DNA of 64,000 nt, from the NCBI GenBank assembly GCA_900617105.1, contig UYFQ01000478.1:1-64000 (forward strand), written 5' to 3'. Below the pieces are notes generated by a model, which did no database searches, was not told the origin of the DNA, and saw only the letters and a program-made list of their open reading frames with translations. Shown here one piece after another: positions 11,132 through 21,968 of this stretch. Within the stretch, counting starts at the first letter, position 1; every line of letters starts with the position of its first letter. The DNA is from Hydrurus foetidus (taxonomy: Eukaryota). Both the position numbers and the translations under genes were made by a program.

Positions 11132-12738
11132 AGCGCTTTGCGGAGTGAGGCGGGGGCGATCTTCAGGCCCTCGCGGTATTTGGCCACGGTGCGCCGGGCG
11201 CACTCGATGCCCTGCTCTTTGAGCATGTCAGATATCTGGTTGTCGCTCAAGGGCTTCTTGCTGCTCTCGGAGGCGATGAATTGCTTGAGCAGAGCGCGCA
11301 CCGCGGTGCTGGAGGCATTGCCGCCGCTCTCGGTGCCCAGGCCCGAGCCAAAGAAGTACTTCAGCTCAAACGTGCCAAACGGCGTGGCCATGTACTTGGC
11401 CGTGGTCACGCGGCTGATGGTGGACTCGTGCAGGCCCAGCTCGTCGGCAATCTCGCGCAACACCAGGGGGCGCATGGCCAGCTCGCCATGGGTGAAGAAG
11501 TTTTTCTGCCGCTCCACGATGGCGGTGCTCACGCGCAGGATGGTGTCAAAGCGCTGCTGGATGTTCTTGATGAACCAGCGTGCCTCCTGCAAGCGCTGCT
11601 GCAGCGCGGCGTGGCCGGCACCGTCGCGACCACCGCGGTGGTTGCGCAGCACATTGGCATAAATGTCGTGCACCTTCAAGCGCGGCATCACATCGGGGTT
11701 GAGTTGCACGCGGAACTTGGGCATGCCGCCGACCTTGCCAATGGCCACCACCAGCACGTCGGGCACCACGATGTTGCGCTCCACATCCACAAAGCGGCGC
11801 CCTGGCTTGGGCTCCAGCCGCGCGATCAGCGCAATGGCTTCGCGCACCAGCGCATCGCTGCCCACGCCCATTTGCACCAGGCGCTTGATGTCGCGCCGGG
11901 CCAGCAGGTCCATGGGTTTGCTGCAGATACCCAAAGCGACCTGCAGCACTTCGGCGCGTTCATCCTCGCCGTCAGCCTGCGCCGGGGCCAGCAAGGGTTT
12001 GACCTGCAGCCGCAGGCACTCCCCCAGGTCGCGCGCGCCCACGCCCACAGGCTCCAGGCTCTGCAGCAAGCCCAGCGCCACGGTGAAATGGTGCACCAAG
12101 TCCTGCAGTTGCTCTTCGTCGCCGGGCTGCAGGCTGCGTGCCAGCGCTTCCAGCGGGTCTTCCAGGTAACCGTCGTCGTTGAGCGATTCGATCAGGAAGC
12201 GCAGCGCAGCCGCGTCGGTGGCATTGGTGCGCAGGCTCAGCGCCTGGCGGTGCAAAAAGGCCTGCAGCGATTCGGCAGAGCGCGCCAACTCGGTGGCATC
12301 TCTCTCTTCGTCATCGCCCAGGTTGTTGGCCCGGGCCTTGGCGTCCACGCCCCACTCGCCATCGTCGGGGGTCATTTCGGTGGTGCCATCGCCTTCCCAG
12401 CTGGGCTCGTCGCCGCTGCTTAGCGGCGTGGTTTCTTCGTCATTGCTGCTGGTACTGGTCGAGGTGGCGTAGTCGGCCACTGCCGTGGGCGCGTAGTCGA
12501 CCTCGCTGCTCTCGGACAGGCGGTCGCCTTCGCTGACCGTGGCATCCACGGCATTCAGGCCAAAGTCCTCGCGCTCGGCCCGGTCCTCGGTCAGCTCCAG
12601 AAACGGGTTCTCGTCCAGCATCTGCTCCACCTCCTGGCTCAGCTCCAGCGTGGAGAGTTGCAGCAGACGGATGGACTGCTGCAACTGGGGCGTGAGCGCC
12701 AGGTGTTGGGAGACGCGTAATGAAAGACCCTGTTTCAT
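11128..12738 (-). CDS. rpoN: RNA polymerase sigma-54 factor
   Basis: LTPQLQQSIRLLQLS region I, HESTISR HTH, ARRTVAKYRE RpoN box. Confidence 0.97.
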   Translation of the reverse strand: MKQGLSLRVSQHLALTPQLQQSIRLLQLSTLELSQEVEQMLDENPFLELTEDRAEREDFGLNAVDATVSEGDRLSESSEVDYAPTAVADYATSTSTSSNDEETTPLSSGDEPSWEGDGTTEMTPDDGEWGVDAKARANNLGDDEERDATELARSAESLQAFLHRQALSLRTNATDAAALRFLIESLNDDGYLEDPLEALARSLQPGDEEQLQDLVHHFTVALGLLQSLEPVGVGARDLGECLRLQVKPLLAPAQADGEDERAEVLQVALGICSKPMDLLARRDIKRLVQMGVGSDALVREAIALIARLEPKPGRRFVDVERNIVVPDVLVVAIGKVGGMPKFRVQLNPDVMPRLKVHDIYANVLRNHRGGRDGAGHAALQQRLQEARWFIKNIQQRFDTILRVSTAIVERQKNFFTHGELAMRPLVLREIADELGLHESTISRVTTAKYMATPFGTFELKYFFGSGLGTESGGNASSTAVRALLKQFIASESSKKPLSDNQISDMLKEQGIECARRTVAKYREGLKIAPASLRKAL

Positions 12739-13514
12739 TACATTTTGAAATGCTCACCAAGGTACACACGGCGTACATCGGCGTTGTTCACGATCTCGGA
12801 GGGGGTGCCCTGCGCCAGCACATGGCCGTCGCTGATGATGTAGGCGTGGTCGCAAATGCCCAGGGTTTCGCGCACGTTGTGATCGGTGATCAGCACCCCG
12901 ATGCCACGGCCCTTGAGGAAGTTGATGATGCGCTGGATCTCGATCACGGCAATCGGGTCGATACCGGCAAACGGCTCGTCCAGCAGGATGAAGCGCGGCC
13001 GGGTAGCCAGCGCACGCGCAATCTCCACACGGCGGCGTTCTCCGCCCGACAGGGCGAGCGAAGGCGACTCGCGCAGGTGCTCCACGCGCAGGTCCTGCAG
13101 CAGCGCGGTCAGGCGCGCTTCAATCTCGGCCGACTTGAGCGGCTCACCCGCGTCGTCACGCTGCAGTTCCAGCACGGCGCGCACGTTGTCTTCGACATTG
13201 AGCTTGCGAAAGATCGAGGCCTCTTGCGGCAGGTAGCCCAGCCCCAGGCGCGCACGGCGGTGGATGGGCATGTGCTCGATGGAATGGCCATCAATCGTGA
13301 TATCGCCTGCGCTGGCGCGCAACAAGCCCACGATCATGTAGAACGACGTGGTCTTGCCCGCGCCGTTGGGGCCCAGCAGGCCCACCACCTCGCCAGTGCG
13401 CACGGCCAGCGACACATCCTTGACCACCTGGCGCTTGCCATACGACTTTTGCAAATGCCGGGCTTCCAGCCGCCCGGTGCTGGTGTCCGGGGCGTCTTGG
13501 GTGGGCTCGCTCAC
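12738..13514 (-). CDS. lptB: LPS export ABC transporter ATP-binding protein
   Basis: [44 protein letters not shown]; lies between lptA and rpoN. Confidence 0.96.
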   Translation of the reverse strand: MSEPTQDAPDTSTGRLEARHLQKSYGKRQVVKDVSLAVRTGEVVGLLGPNGAGKTTSFYMIVGLLRASAGDITIDGHSIEHMPIHRRARLGLGYLPQEASIFRKLNVEDNVRAVLELQRDDAGEPLKSAEIEARLTALLQDLRVEHLRESPSLALSGGERRRVEIARALATRPRFILLDEPFAGIDPIAVIEIQRIINFLKGRGIGVLITDHNVRETLGICDHAYIISDGHVLAQGTPSEIVNNADVRRVYLGEHFKM

Positions 13515-14122
13515 TGGGCGGCCTTCTCAAGTTGCGGCGTGGCGCGCAGGGTCGGGCTGGGTTGGGGCACCGAGGGGGCGGTTTCGGCTTCGGGTTTAGG
13601 CGTCAGCATGGCACGCACGCGGCCGGCCGGGGCGGCAGCCGTCTTGGGCGCGCCGTCCACGGTGAATTTGTCGGTCAGGTTTTCGTAGAGAATGACGGCC
13701 CCCGTCACCTCGTCGGCCAGTGTGGCCCCGCGCAGGCGGCGCATCTGGGCGTTTTTAACAAAGCGCACGGTGTCGGCCTTGCCGTCGTATTCAATGGTGT
13801 CGCCGTCGCCTTCGATGAACTCATCCAGGCCCTCGCGTTTTTGCCGGAAAAACGCCGGGGTGACGGCCGAGCCGGTCACCAGCCCGTACTGGTAGCCATC
13901 AGGGTCCTGGCGCACCTCGATTTGGGCGCCACGGATCAGGATGCTGCCCTTGGTCAGCACCACATGGCCGCTGAAGACGCTGACCTGCTTCAAGTCGTCG
14001 TAGCGCAGGGCGTCCGCCTCCACGTTCATGGGCTTGTTTCGGTCGGCTTTTTCGGCCCACGCAAGGCCGCACAGACTGGCAAACACCAGCGAAACAGCCA
14101 CAGACAGGAAGGTTTTTTTCAT
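13511..14122 (-). CDS. lptA: LPS transport periplasmic protein
   Basis: Signal peptide, [22 protein letters not shown]; directly upstream of lptB. Confidence 0.92.
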   Translation of the reverse strand: MKKTFLSVAVSLVFASLCGLAWAEKADRNKPMNVEADALRYDDLKQVSVFSGHVVLTKGSILIRGAQIEVRQDPDGYQYGLVTGSAVTPAFFRQKREGLDEFIEGDGDTIEYDGKADTVRFVKNAQMRRLRGATLADEVTGAVILYENLTDKFTVDGAPKTAAAPAGRVRAMLTPKPEAETAPSVPQPSPTLRATPQLEKAAQ

Positions 14123-14198
14123 AAAGGCACGAAACTTGCTGGAAAAAGCGCTTCGGCCATTGTACCGAGCGCTTTGCGCATTTCGCGCCTCTGCCGAC

Positions 14199-15131
14199 TC
14201 AGCCGTCGGCGTTAATTTTGGTGATGAGTTCCAGCAACACCTCGGCGGCGCGGTCGTTCTCCACCTGGCAGGTACCGGCGTTGGCGTGGCCGCCCCCGCC
14301 GTAGCCGAGCATCAGGTCGCCAATATTGGTCTTGGCGCTGCGGTTGGTGATGGACTTGCCGGTGGCAAACACCGTGTTTTGCTTCTGCAGGCCCCACAGC
14401 ACGTGGATGGAGATATTGGTCAGCGGGAACAGCGCGTAGACCATGAAGCGGTTCACCGCAAAGATGGTTTCTTCGTTGCGCAGATCCAGCACCAGCAAGT
14501 TGCCATGCACGGTGGAGCAGCGCAGCAACTGCTCTTTGGCCTTGGCCGCGTGCTCAAAGTACAGGTCCACGCGCTCTATCACGTCGGGCAACTGCAGGAT
14601 CTCGTCAATGCCGTGGTGGCGGCAGTACTGGATCAAATCCATCATCAGCTGGTAGTTGCTGACGCGGAACTCGCGGAAGCGGCCCAGGCCGGTGCGAGAG
14701 TCCATCAGGTAATTCAGCAGCACCCAACCTGTGGGAATCATGATTTCGTCGTGGCTGAAACGGGCCGAATCGCCCTTGTCCACAGCCTCCATCATGTCGT
14801 GGAAGCGCGCAGGGAAGCGGCTCGCACCGCCGTAGTGGTCAAACACCACGCGCGCTGCAGAATCGGCGTCGGGCAGGATGATGTGGTTGGGGCGTTCGCC
14901 CGTGTTTCGCACGGTCTCCGACTCGTGGTGGTCAAAGGCCAGATGCACGCCGGGCACGTACGGCAAATTGGTGGCGATGTCGCGGTCGGACACCTCCACC
15001 TTGCCGTCCTGCATGTCCTTGGGGTGGACGAACTTGATGTCGTCGATCAGGTCCAGCTCGTTGAGCAGCACCGCGCACACCAGCCCATCAAAGTCACTGC
15101 GGGTGACAAGCCGGTACTTGGGATGTGCCAT
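14199..15131 (-). CDS. DHH-family phosphoesterase (exopolyphosphatase-related / nanoRNase-like)
   Basis: RSDFDGLVC, FDHH, GGGGHANAGTCQ (DHHA1 motif). Confidence 0.85.
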   Translation of the reverse strand: MAHPKYRLVTRSDFDGLVCAVLLNELDLIDDIKFVHPKDMQDGKVEVSDRDIATNLPYVPGVHLAFDHHESETVRNTGERPNHIILPDADSAARVVFDHYGGASRFPARFHDMMEAVDKGDSARFSHDEIMIPTGWVLLNYLMDSRTGLGRFREFRVSNYQLMMDLIQYCRHHGIDEILQLPDVIERVDLYFEHAAKAKEQLLRCSTVHGNLLVLDLRNEETIFAVNRFMVYALFPLTNISIHVLWGLQKQNTVFATGKSITNRSAKTNIGDLMLGYGGGGHANAGTCQVENDRAAEVLLELITKINADG

Positions 15132-15213
15132 GGAAATTGCTCCGCTAAGGGTTGAATGAAAAAACATTCTAGCCCCGTGGTAAGCCCCTGCAAGCCGCGC
15201 GAGGAGGCGTTAA

Positions 15214-15867
15214 TTAGCGGGCGGCGCGCGCCTGCACGACCAGCGCTTCGACGATCTGCAGCGCGCGCTGCATATTGCCGGCAATGGAGCCATCGGTATA
15301 GAAACGTCCGGCGACGCCCAAGGCGGGCACGCCTTCAACCTTGTAGGCGTTTTGCAACTGGGTGGCCTTGGTCGCCTTGGTGGCCACGCTGAAGGATCCG
15401 TACTGCTCGACAAACTTGGCCTTGTCCACGCCCTGCTTGGCCACCCATTCGATGATGGCGTCGCCGCCGCTGAGGTTCAGCTTCTCGGCGTGGATGGCGG
15501 CAAACACCTTGGTGTGCAGCTTCTCTGCCAGGCCCATGGCTTCGAGCGCGTAGTACAGGCGCTGCTGGGGCACAAAGCTGTCCTGAAAAGCCACGGGCAC
15601 ACGGCGGAAAGCCACGTCCTTGGGTAGCTTGGGAATCCAGGCCTGCAAGGTGGGCTCAAACGCGTTGCAATGCGGGCAGTTGTACCAAAAGAACTCCACC
15701 ACCTCGACCTTGCCAGCGGGCGCTTCCACGGGAGCACGCGGATCCACCGGCTGGTAATCGGTGCCGGGCTGCGGCGCCTTGGCCTGCGCCTGGGCGCCGG
15801 TGGCCCACAGGCCGGAAGAGGCAAAGGCAGCGCCGGTGGCGGCTTGGGTAAATTCGCGACGTTTCAT
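15214..15867 (-). CDS. dsbA: Thiol:disulfide interchange protein DsbA
   Basis: EFFWYNCPHC, GVP cis-Pro loop, Tat-like MKRREF leader; follows argS-SPOR. Confidence 0.93.
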   Translation of the reverse strand: MKRREFTQAATGAAFASSGLWATGAQAQAKAPQPGTDYQPVDPRAPVEAPAGKVEVVEFFWYNCPHCNAFEPTLQAWIPKLPKDVAFRRVPVAFQDSFVPQQRLYYALEAMGLAEKLHTKVFAAIHAEKLNLSGGDAIIEWVAKQGVDKAKFVEQYGSFSVATKATKATQLQNAYKVEGVPALGVAGRFYTDGSIAGNMQRALQIVEALVVQARAAR

Positions 15868-15930
15868 GGGTTCAAAAGCTCCAAAGTGCCCGGGTGTGAG
15901 TGGGCCAGGCGGGGAAAGTTCCAGCGCGGC

Positions 15931-16572
15931 TTAGCGCTGCACGCGCACAAGAGCGGTTTCCAGACCTCCCTTGTCCAGCTTGTCCTTAGCCTTGTCGGCA
16001 TCGTCCTTTTTATCGAACGGGCCTACACGCACCCGGAACACAGGACGGCCAGATTGCTCACGCTCGGAAATCTTGGTCTCTATGCCGCTGAGCGACAGCT
16101 TGGCGCGATGCGCCTCGGCGTCTTCCGCCGTACGGAACGCACCCACCTGCACAAAGTAGGTAAACGCATCGCCCTCGGCAGCACCACCGGCTTTGGCCTT
16201 GGCCAGATCGCCCAACGGATCGGCCGATACGGCCGGCTTGAGTTCGCCCTTGGCATCGGGTTTGACCGGGGCTTTGGTATCCGCCTTGTTATCCGCTTTC
16301 GCATCGGGCTTGGCGCCCGAGGCTGCAGAGGCCGGGGTTGTGGCCGCGGGCACGGCGGGCGCGGGGTTCTTGCCATACAGCAAAGCGTTGGGGTCCCAGT
16401 TTTTGTTCTTCTGGGCTTCGGCCGCGTCCTGGTCGGCGCTGCGGCTCTGGCTCTTGTTCATGAACGGCACCGGCACCTTGGTGACGTACACCGCCACCGC
16501 CAATGCAGCCCCCAGGCCTACCACCACACCGACAATGAAACCCACAATGGTTCCGCCACGTTCAAACTTCAT
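15931..16572 (-). CDS. SPOR-domain cell division protein (FtsN-like)
   Basis: N-terminal TM segment; YFVQVGAFR...FRVRVGPF SPOR domain; lies between argS and dsbA. Confidence 0.88.
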   Translation of the reverse strand: MKFERGGTIVGFIVGVVVGLGAALAVAVYVTKVPVPFMNKSQSRSADQDAAEAQKNKNWDPNALLYGKNPAPAVPAATTPASAASGAKPDAKADNKADTKAPVKPDAKGELKPAVSADPLGDLAKAKAGGAAEGDAFTYFVQVGAFRTAEDAEAHRAKLSLSGIETKISEREQSGRPVFRVRVGPFDKKDDADKAKDKLDKGGLETALVRVQR

Positions 16573-16602
16573 GCGATTACCTTCTTGTCTAACTCGCAAA
16601 CT

Positions 16603-18300
16603 TCACATTTTGGCTGGGGCACTGACGCCCAGCACAGCCAAGCCATTGTGCAACACCTGCGCGGTGGCCGCGACCAGCGCAAGACGCGCCAGCTTCACCG
16701 CTTCATCATCCACCAGGATGCGCTCAGCATCGTAATAGCTGTGGTAGCTGGCGGCCAGCTCGCGCAGGTAAAAAGTCACATCGTGCGGCGCTTCATCGGC
16801 CGCCGCCGCGGTCAGCATCTCGGGGTACTTGGCCAGCAGCAGCATCAGGGCTTGAGCCTGTGGACTTTGCAGGGCCGACAAGTCGACCGATTTCAGGCTG
16901 GTCACATCACCTCCGTCCTTTTCTTTCCAGGTCGCCAGCACCGAGCAGATGCGTGCGTGCGCGTACTGCACGTAGTAGACCGGGTTGTCGTTGTTCTTGG
17001 CCACAGCCAAGTCCACATCGAAGGTGTATTCGGTATCGGGCTTGCGGCTGAGCAGAAAGAACCGCACCGCGTCCTTGCTGGTCCACTCGATCAAATCACG
17101 CAGCGTCACATAGCTGCCGGCGCGCTTGCTGATCTTCACCTCTTCGCCGCCCTTGACCACACGCACCATGGTGTGCAGCACGTAGTCGGGGTAGCCCTGG
17201 GGAATGCCCACATTGGCGGCTTGCAGGCCGGCACGCACGCGGGCGATGGTGCCGTGGTGGTCGGTGCCCTGGATGTTCACCACCTTGGTGAAGCCGCGCT
17301 CCCACTTGGCGATGTGGTACGCCACATCGGGCACAAAGTAGGTGTACGTGCCATCCTGCTTGCGCATCACGCGGTCCTTGTCGTCGCCGTACTCGGTGGA
17401 CTTGAGCCACAGCGCGCCGTCCAGCTCGTAGGTCTTGCCGGCCGCCTGCAAACGCTTGACCGTGTCTTCCACACGGCCGCTGGTGTACAGACTGGACTCC
17501 AGGTAGTAGTTGTCAAACTTCACCGCAAAGGCTTGCAGGTCCAGGTCCTGCTCGTGGCGCAAATAGGCCACAGCGAACTGGCGCATGCCGTCCAGGTCGT
17601 TGATGTCGCCGCTGGCCGTGAACTCCCGGTCGTCGGACCTGACGGTCTTGCCGGCCAAAAAGTCGGCGGCAATGTCGGCGATGTAGTCGCCGTTGTAGGC
17701 CGCGGCCTTCTCGCCACTGGGCCACTGCGCGTCGCCTGGCTTAAAGCCCTGGGCGCGCAGGTGCGTGCTGCTGGCCAGGGTGCCGATCTGCACGCCCGCG
17801 TCGTTGTAATAGAACTCGCGGTACACATCCCAGCCCTGGGTTTCCAGCAGGTTGCAGATGGCATCGCCCAGTGCGGCCTGGCGGCCATGGCCCACGTGCA
17901 GCGGGCCGGTGGGGTTGGCTGATACGAACTCCACCAGCACGCGCTGGCCGTTGGAAGGCTGGTGACCAAACTGACCGGCCTGGCCCAGCACCTCGCGCAC
18001 GATTTCCTGCTTGGCAGCGGGCTTCAGGCGGATGTTGATAAAGCCGGGACCGGCGATTTCTACCGCGTCCACCCACGCCACGTAGGCGGGGTGGGCCAGC
18101 AGGGCATCGCGCAGCTGCTCGGCCAATTGGCGCGGGTTAAGCTTGAGCGGCTTGGCCATTTGCATGGCGGCCGTGGTGGCCAGGTCGCCATGGGCGGCGA
18201 CCTTGGGAGATTCAAAGGCGGCCTTGGCACCCGCGCCGGGGGAGAGGGTGTCCAGGCAGGCGGCCAGCGCCTGCAGGAGTTCGTGTTTGACGGTGAGCAT
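16603..18300 (-). CDS. argS: Arginine--tRNA ligase
   Basis: [16 protein letters not shown] (HIGH motif), [16 protein letters not shown]. Confidence 0.98.
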   Translation of the reverse strand: MLTVKHELLQALAACLDTLSPGAGAKAAFESPKVAAHGDLATTAAMQMAKPLKLNPRQLAEQLRDALLAHPAYVAWVDAVEIAGPGFINIRLKPAAKQEIVREVLGQAGQFGHQPSNGQRVLVEFVSANPTGPLHVGHGRQAALGDAICNLLETQGWDVYREFYYNDAGVQIGTLASSTHLRAQGFKPGDAQWPSGEKAAAYNGDYIADIAADFLAGKTVRSDDREFTASGDINDLDGMRQFAVAYLRHEQDLDLQAFAVKFDNYYLESSLYTSGRVEDTVKRLQAAGKTYELDGALWLKSTEYGDDKDRVMRKQDGTYTYFVPDVAYHIAKWERGFTKVVNIQGTDHHGTIARVRAGLQAANVGIPQGYPDYVLHTMVRVVKGGEEVKISKRAGSYVTLRDLIEWTSKDAVRFFLLSRKPDTEYTFDVDLAVAKNNDNPVYYVQYAHARICSVLATWKEKDGGDVTSLKSVDLSALQSPQAQALMLLLAKYPEMLTAAAADEAPHDVTFYLRELAASYHSYYDAERILVDDEAVKLARLALVAATAQVLHNGLAVLGVSAPAKM

Positions 18301-18435
18301 CTGCCGATTTTACGGGGCGGGCCCGAAACACCGATCGGCGGTCAACGGCGCTGTCATCTTTTCGTTATAAGCTTTCAACCGGTGGGGTTTTTCTGCAACG
18401 GCAGCCTGGCTGCCCTCTTTTTGATAGGACGACTG

Positions 18436-18753
18436 ATGAAACAACTGATCTCCCTCGTGGCTCTGGGTTTGGCATTGGCTGTTGGTGGCGCACACGCTGC
18501 TGACGCAAAGGCACCCGCTGCCAAGAGCAAACTGGCCACGTGCAGCTCAGAAGCCAAGGGCCTCAAAGGCGACGAGTACAAAAAGAAACGCGACGAATGC
18601 ATGAAGGGCGATGCGCCCGCCGCCGCCGCCGCTGCACCTGCCACGGCTACCGCGACGCCCAGCCCTGCCTGCGAAAAGTCGGCTGCCGACAAGAAGCTGC
18701 ACGGCGGCGCCAAGAACGCCCACATCAAGAAGTGCATGGCTGACGCAAAGTAA
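18436..18753 (+). CDS. Small secreted Cys/Lys-rich protein (PsiF-repeat-like)
   Basis: Signal peptide ending AHA; two repeats of C-x3-A-x3-L-x-G-x7-C; followed by a terminator. Confidence 0.7.
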   Translation: MKQLISLVALGLALAVGGAHAADAKAPAAKSKLATCSSEAKGLKGDEYKKKRDECMKGDAPAAAAAAPATATATPSPACEKSAADKKLHGGAKNAHIKKCMADAK

Positions 18754-18770
18754 GCCTTCCTGCCCTCCGC

Positions 18771-18806
18771 AAAAGCCCGCACAGGTTCGCCTCTGCGGGC
18801 TTTTTT
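18771..18806. terminator. Rho-independent terminator, probably bidirectional
   Basis: AAAAGCCCGCA...TGCGGGCTTTTTT between convergent genes. Confidence 0.85.
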
Positions 18807-18816
18807 ACGCCCCCAC

Positions 18817-19686
18817 TTAAAGGCCAATGGCCAGTGCCAGCCCGACAAACACCGCCAGCCCCACCCAGTGGTTCAGGCGGAAGGCCTTGAAGCAGCCGTC
18901 GCGCCCGCGGTCGGCAATCAGCGTGCCGTGCCACACCACCTGGGCCCCCGCAACGGCCACACCCAGCCACCAAACCCAGGGCCGGGTGAGCGCGGGCAGC
19001 ACCAACCAAGACCACAGCGCCAGGTAAGCCACATAGAAGCTCAGCACCGCCGGCACATCCCAGCTGCCCAGCGTGATGGCCGAGGTCTTCATGCCGATCT
19101 TCAGGTCGTCGTCGCGGTCCACCATGGCGTATTCGGTGTCGTAGGCCAGTACCCAGAACAGGTTGCCCACCAGCAGCGCCCAGGCCAGCAAGGGCACTTC
19201 ACTCTTAACGGCCGCAAAGGCCATGGGAATGCCGAAGCTGAACGCCACACCCAGCACCGCCTGCGGCATGGAGACAAAACGCTTGGCATAGGGGTAGACC
19301 AGCGCCACGGCCAGCGCGGCAAACGACCAGGCGATGGTGGCCGTATTGGTGGTCAGCACCAGGCCAAATGCGGCCAGCGCCAGCACGGCCCCAACCGCCA
19401 GCGCCTCGCGCGTGGAGATGCGACCGCTGGTGACCGGGCGCTGGGCCGTGCGTTTGACGTGCTTATCGAACTCGCGGTCCGCCACATCGTTCACACAGCA
19501 GCCCGCGCTGCGCATGAGGATGGTGCCCAACGTGAACACCACGATGAGGTGCCAACCCGGAAAGCCCCCGGCCGCCAGCCACAGCGCACTGAGCGTGGGC
19601 CACAGCAGTAGCAGCCAGCCCGCGGGGCGGCTCCAGCGGATCAGATCGAGGTAGAGCGAAAGCTTGGCAGAGAACAGGGAGGGCAC
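18817..19686 (-). CDS. ubiA: 4-hydroxybenzoate octaprenyltransferase
   Basis: [33 protein letters not shown]. Confidence 0.95.
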   Translation of the reverse strand: MPSLFSAKLSLYLDLIRWSRPAGWLLLLWPTLSALWLAAGGFPGWHLIVVFTLGTILMRSAGCCVNDVADREFDKHVKRTAQRPVTSGRISTREALAVGAVLALAAFGLVLTTNTATIAWSFAALAVALVYPYAKRFVSMPQAVLGVAFSFGIPMAFAAVKSEVPLLAWALLVGNLFWVLAYDTEYAMVDRDDDLKIGMKTSAITLGSWDVPAVLSFYVAYLALWSWLVLPALTRPWVWWLGVAVAGAQVVWHGTLIADRGRDGCFKAFRLNHWVGLAVFVGLALAIGL

Positions 19687-19690
19687 AGAA

Positions 19691-19755
19691 TTGCTATTAA
19701 ATTAGGAGCTGCTTGCGCAATATCCACGAGGGCTAGCGGCCGATTTGACTTAAAA
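19691..19755 (+). repeat. Dispersed ~62-bp motif, copy 2 (fills the oxyR-ubiA spacer)
   Basis: TTGCTATTAAATTAGGAGCTGCTTGCGCAATATCCACGAGGGCTAGCGGCCGATTTGACTTAAAA. Confidence 0.9.
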
Positions 19756-19756
19756 A

Positions 19757-20716
19757 TCAGGACAAACGCGTGACACCAGGCAGTTCGCAGCGGTAGACCG
19801 CATTGCGCAGCGCGGCAATCGCCTCGTAGCGGGTGAAGCTGCGCCGCCACGCCAGCACCACCCGGCGCGTGGGCGGGGGCAGGTTCTTGCCGTCCTGCAC
19901 CGGCAGGTATTTCACAAAGGGCTCTTCGCCACGGCGCTTTTTGGTCTCGAACGCGTCCTTGGGCACGCTCAGGCGCGGCACCAGTGTGATGCCCATGCCC
20001 GCGGCCACCATGTGCTTGATGGTCTCCAGCGACGAACCCTCAAAGCTCTTGCGGATGCCCTCGGCATCGCTGGAGAAGCGTGCGAACTCGGGGCAGACCT
20101 CCAGCACATGGTCGCGGAAGCAGTGGCCATTGCCCAGCAGCAGCATGGTCTCGCTCTTGAGTTCTTGGGTGGTCACGCTGCCCTGCTTGGCCAGCGCATG
20201 GCTGGTGGGCACGGCGGCAAAAAACGGTTCGTCGTACAGCGGCGCCAGCGCCAGGCCCGTGTCGGGGAAGGGTTCGGCCAGGATGGCGCAGTCGATCTCG
20301 CCGGTGCGCAGCATTTCCAGCAGCTTGACCGTGAAGTTCTCCTGCAGCACCAGCGGCATCTGCGGGCTATGGGTGATGACCTGGCGCACCAGGTCCGGCA
20401 GCAGATACGGCGCAATGGTGTAGATCACGCCCAGCTTGAGCGGCCCGGCCAGCGGGTCCTTGCCGCGCTTGGCGATGTCCTTGATGTTGGCGGCCTGCTC
20501 CAGCACGCTTTGCGCCTGGCGCACGATCTCTTCGCCCAGCGGCGTCACGGTCACCTCGTTGGCGCTGCGCTCGAAGAGCTTGACGTCCAGCTCTTCCTCA
20601 AGCTTTTTCACCGCCACCGACAGCGTGGGCTGCGAGACGTAGCAGGCTTCGGCCGCCTTGCCAAAGTGCCGCTCGCGCGCCACGGCCACGATGTATTTGA
20701 GTTCGGTCAGGGTCAT
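19757..20716 (-). CDS. oxyR: Hydrogen peroxide-sensing LysR regulator OxyR
   Basis: MTLTELKY HTH; GHCFRDHVLEVC with the two redox Cys 9 residues apart; SSLETIKHMVA; recG/ubiA synteny. Confidence 0.92.
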   Translation of the reverse strand: MTLTELKYIVAVARERHFGKAAEACYVSQPTLSVAVKKLEEELDVKLFERSANEVTVTPLGEEIVRQAQSVLEQAANIKDIAKRGKDPLAGPLKLGVIYTIAPYLLPDLVRQVITHSPQMPLVLQENFTVKLLEMLRTGEIDCAILAEPFPDTGLALAPLYDEPFFAAVPTSHALAKQGSVTTQELKSETMLLLGNGHCFRDHVLEVCPEFARFSSDAEGIRKSFEGSSLETIKHMVAAGMGITLVPRLSVPKDAFETKKRRGEEPFVKYLPVQDGKNLPPPTRRVVLAWRRSFTRYEAIAALRNAVYRCELPGVTRLS

Positions 20717-20759
20717 GGCGCTATTGTCCTCCCACCAGATCGTTGGGCTCTGCAGGCGT

Positions 20760-21752
20760 TCAGATGACCGAGATTTCACCGTTGCGCAGCTTGTCACACA
20801 GGATGTCAATGCGCTCTTTCCAGGCCCGGCGCACATCGGAGTGCGCGCCCTTGAACATGCGAAACACCTGCAGCACGGGTTCCGCCTCGGACCAGTATTC
20901 GTCGCGCACACCGATTTCGAGCTCGGCACCCAGCGCGGTCACCTTGGCGCCCAGCAGGTTGGTATGGATGACCAGGCGGTTGGCATACAGGGTGATGCGG
21001 CCGCGCGTGTCGAGGTCAATGAACCAGTCGATCTTGCCGTCGGGGGCATAACCCACTTCGCTGGTTCCACTGAAACCGGCGGATTTGCGCCATACGGCCA
21101 TCTGCTCCGTGGGTTCCAACTGACCCACCGGGGCCTGCCCTGCTGCCTTGGCGGCACGCGCCGCGCGGTTGACTTCTGCGGCTTCGGCGTCCAGCTTCTG
21201 CTGTGCAAGTTGGGCCTGGTTCTCCAGGTTTTTCTCCAGCTTCTCCACCCACATGCGCACCTGGCCGGCAAACTGGTTGAAGCCCATGGCAATTTTCTCG
21301 TGCACGTGGTCCATGCGCAGCACCGAGCGCTCGCCGCCGGTCTTGCCTTGCGCCTTGAAAGCCATCTCGTCCGAGGCGTGGAGCTCGATGGTGCACAGGC
21401 CCGTGGGCTGGGGTTCTTCCTGGTCAGGCAGCTTGCGCATAGCGCGGGACACCTCGATGCGCAGACCCGGCGCGGGCAGGGTCACCATCAGGCTGCCCTC
21501 CTGCTCCTGTTCTTCGCCCCCTTCCAGCGGTTGGTGCATATAGCGGCCGTAGTCGGTTTGCACCACCAGCAGCTGCGCACCGCGCTGCACTTCCACTGTC
21601 AAACCATGTGCGCTGAAGCGCAAGCCCCCGGGAATGGCGGTGGTGCGGGTTTTCAGCAACGAGGCCTGGTACTCCAGGTAGCCATACAACCCGCCCATCA
21701 TGAGTGCGGCTGCCCCAACCAGCCAGATGATCCATTGCCAAGATTCGCTCAT
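20760..21752 (-). CDS. Hypothetical membrane-anchored protein
   Basis: 330-aa ORF with an N-terminal TM helix and host-like codon usage; no motif recognised. Confidence 0.7.
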   Translation of the reverse strand: MSESWQWIIWLVGAAALMMGGLYGYLEYQASLLKTRTTAIPGGLRFSAHGLTVEVQRGAQLLVVQTDYGRYMHQPLEGGEEQEQEGSLMVTLPAPGLRIEVSRAMRKLPDQEEPQPTGLCTIELHASDEMAFKAQGKTGGERSVLRMDHVHEKIAMGFNQFAGQVRMWVEKLEKNLENQAQLAQQKLDAEAAEVNRAARAAKAAGQAPVGQLEPTEQMAVWRKSAGFSGTSEVGYAPDGKIDWFIDLDTRGRITLYANRLVIHTNLLGAKVTALGAELEIGVRDEYWSEAEPVLQVFRMFKGAHSDVRRAWKERIDILCDKLRNGEISVI

Positions 21753-21864
21753 GCGCGCAGCCCCAGCACGTCGGCGACCCGCTGGTCCAGCAACACATCA
21801 AACTCAGGGTTGAACGCAGGAATGGCAGTGGAAGGCATAGAGGGACTTTCTGGGCAACGACTGT

Positions 21865-21929
21865 TTGCTATTATTTCAGGAGCTACTAGCGCAATGCGGA
21901 CGCGGGCTAGACCCTATTTTGCTTACAAA
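21865..21929 (+). repeat. Dispersed ~62-bp motif, copy 3 (intergenic, downstream of recG)
   Basis: TTGCTATTATTTCAGGAGCTACTAGCGCAATGCGGACGCGGGCTAGACCCTATTTTGCTTACAAA. Confidence 0.87.
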
Positions 21930-21968
21930 ACGTCGTGCCTGCCACCGGGATAGCCCTGACTCAGAATA

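Noticed and set aside
13511..15131. lptA-lptB not preceded by kdsD-kdsC-lptC
   Set aside because: Split lpt loci are not unusual in Betaproteobacteria, and nothing in the sequence indicates a lesion.
15168..15200. Partial motif-like CTAGCCCCGTGG upstream of the DHH gene; also GGGCTAGCGG near 42820
   Set aside because: Only one short block matches, which is compatible with chance.
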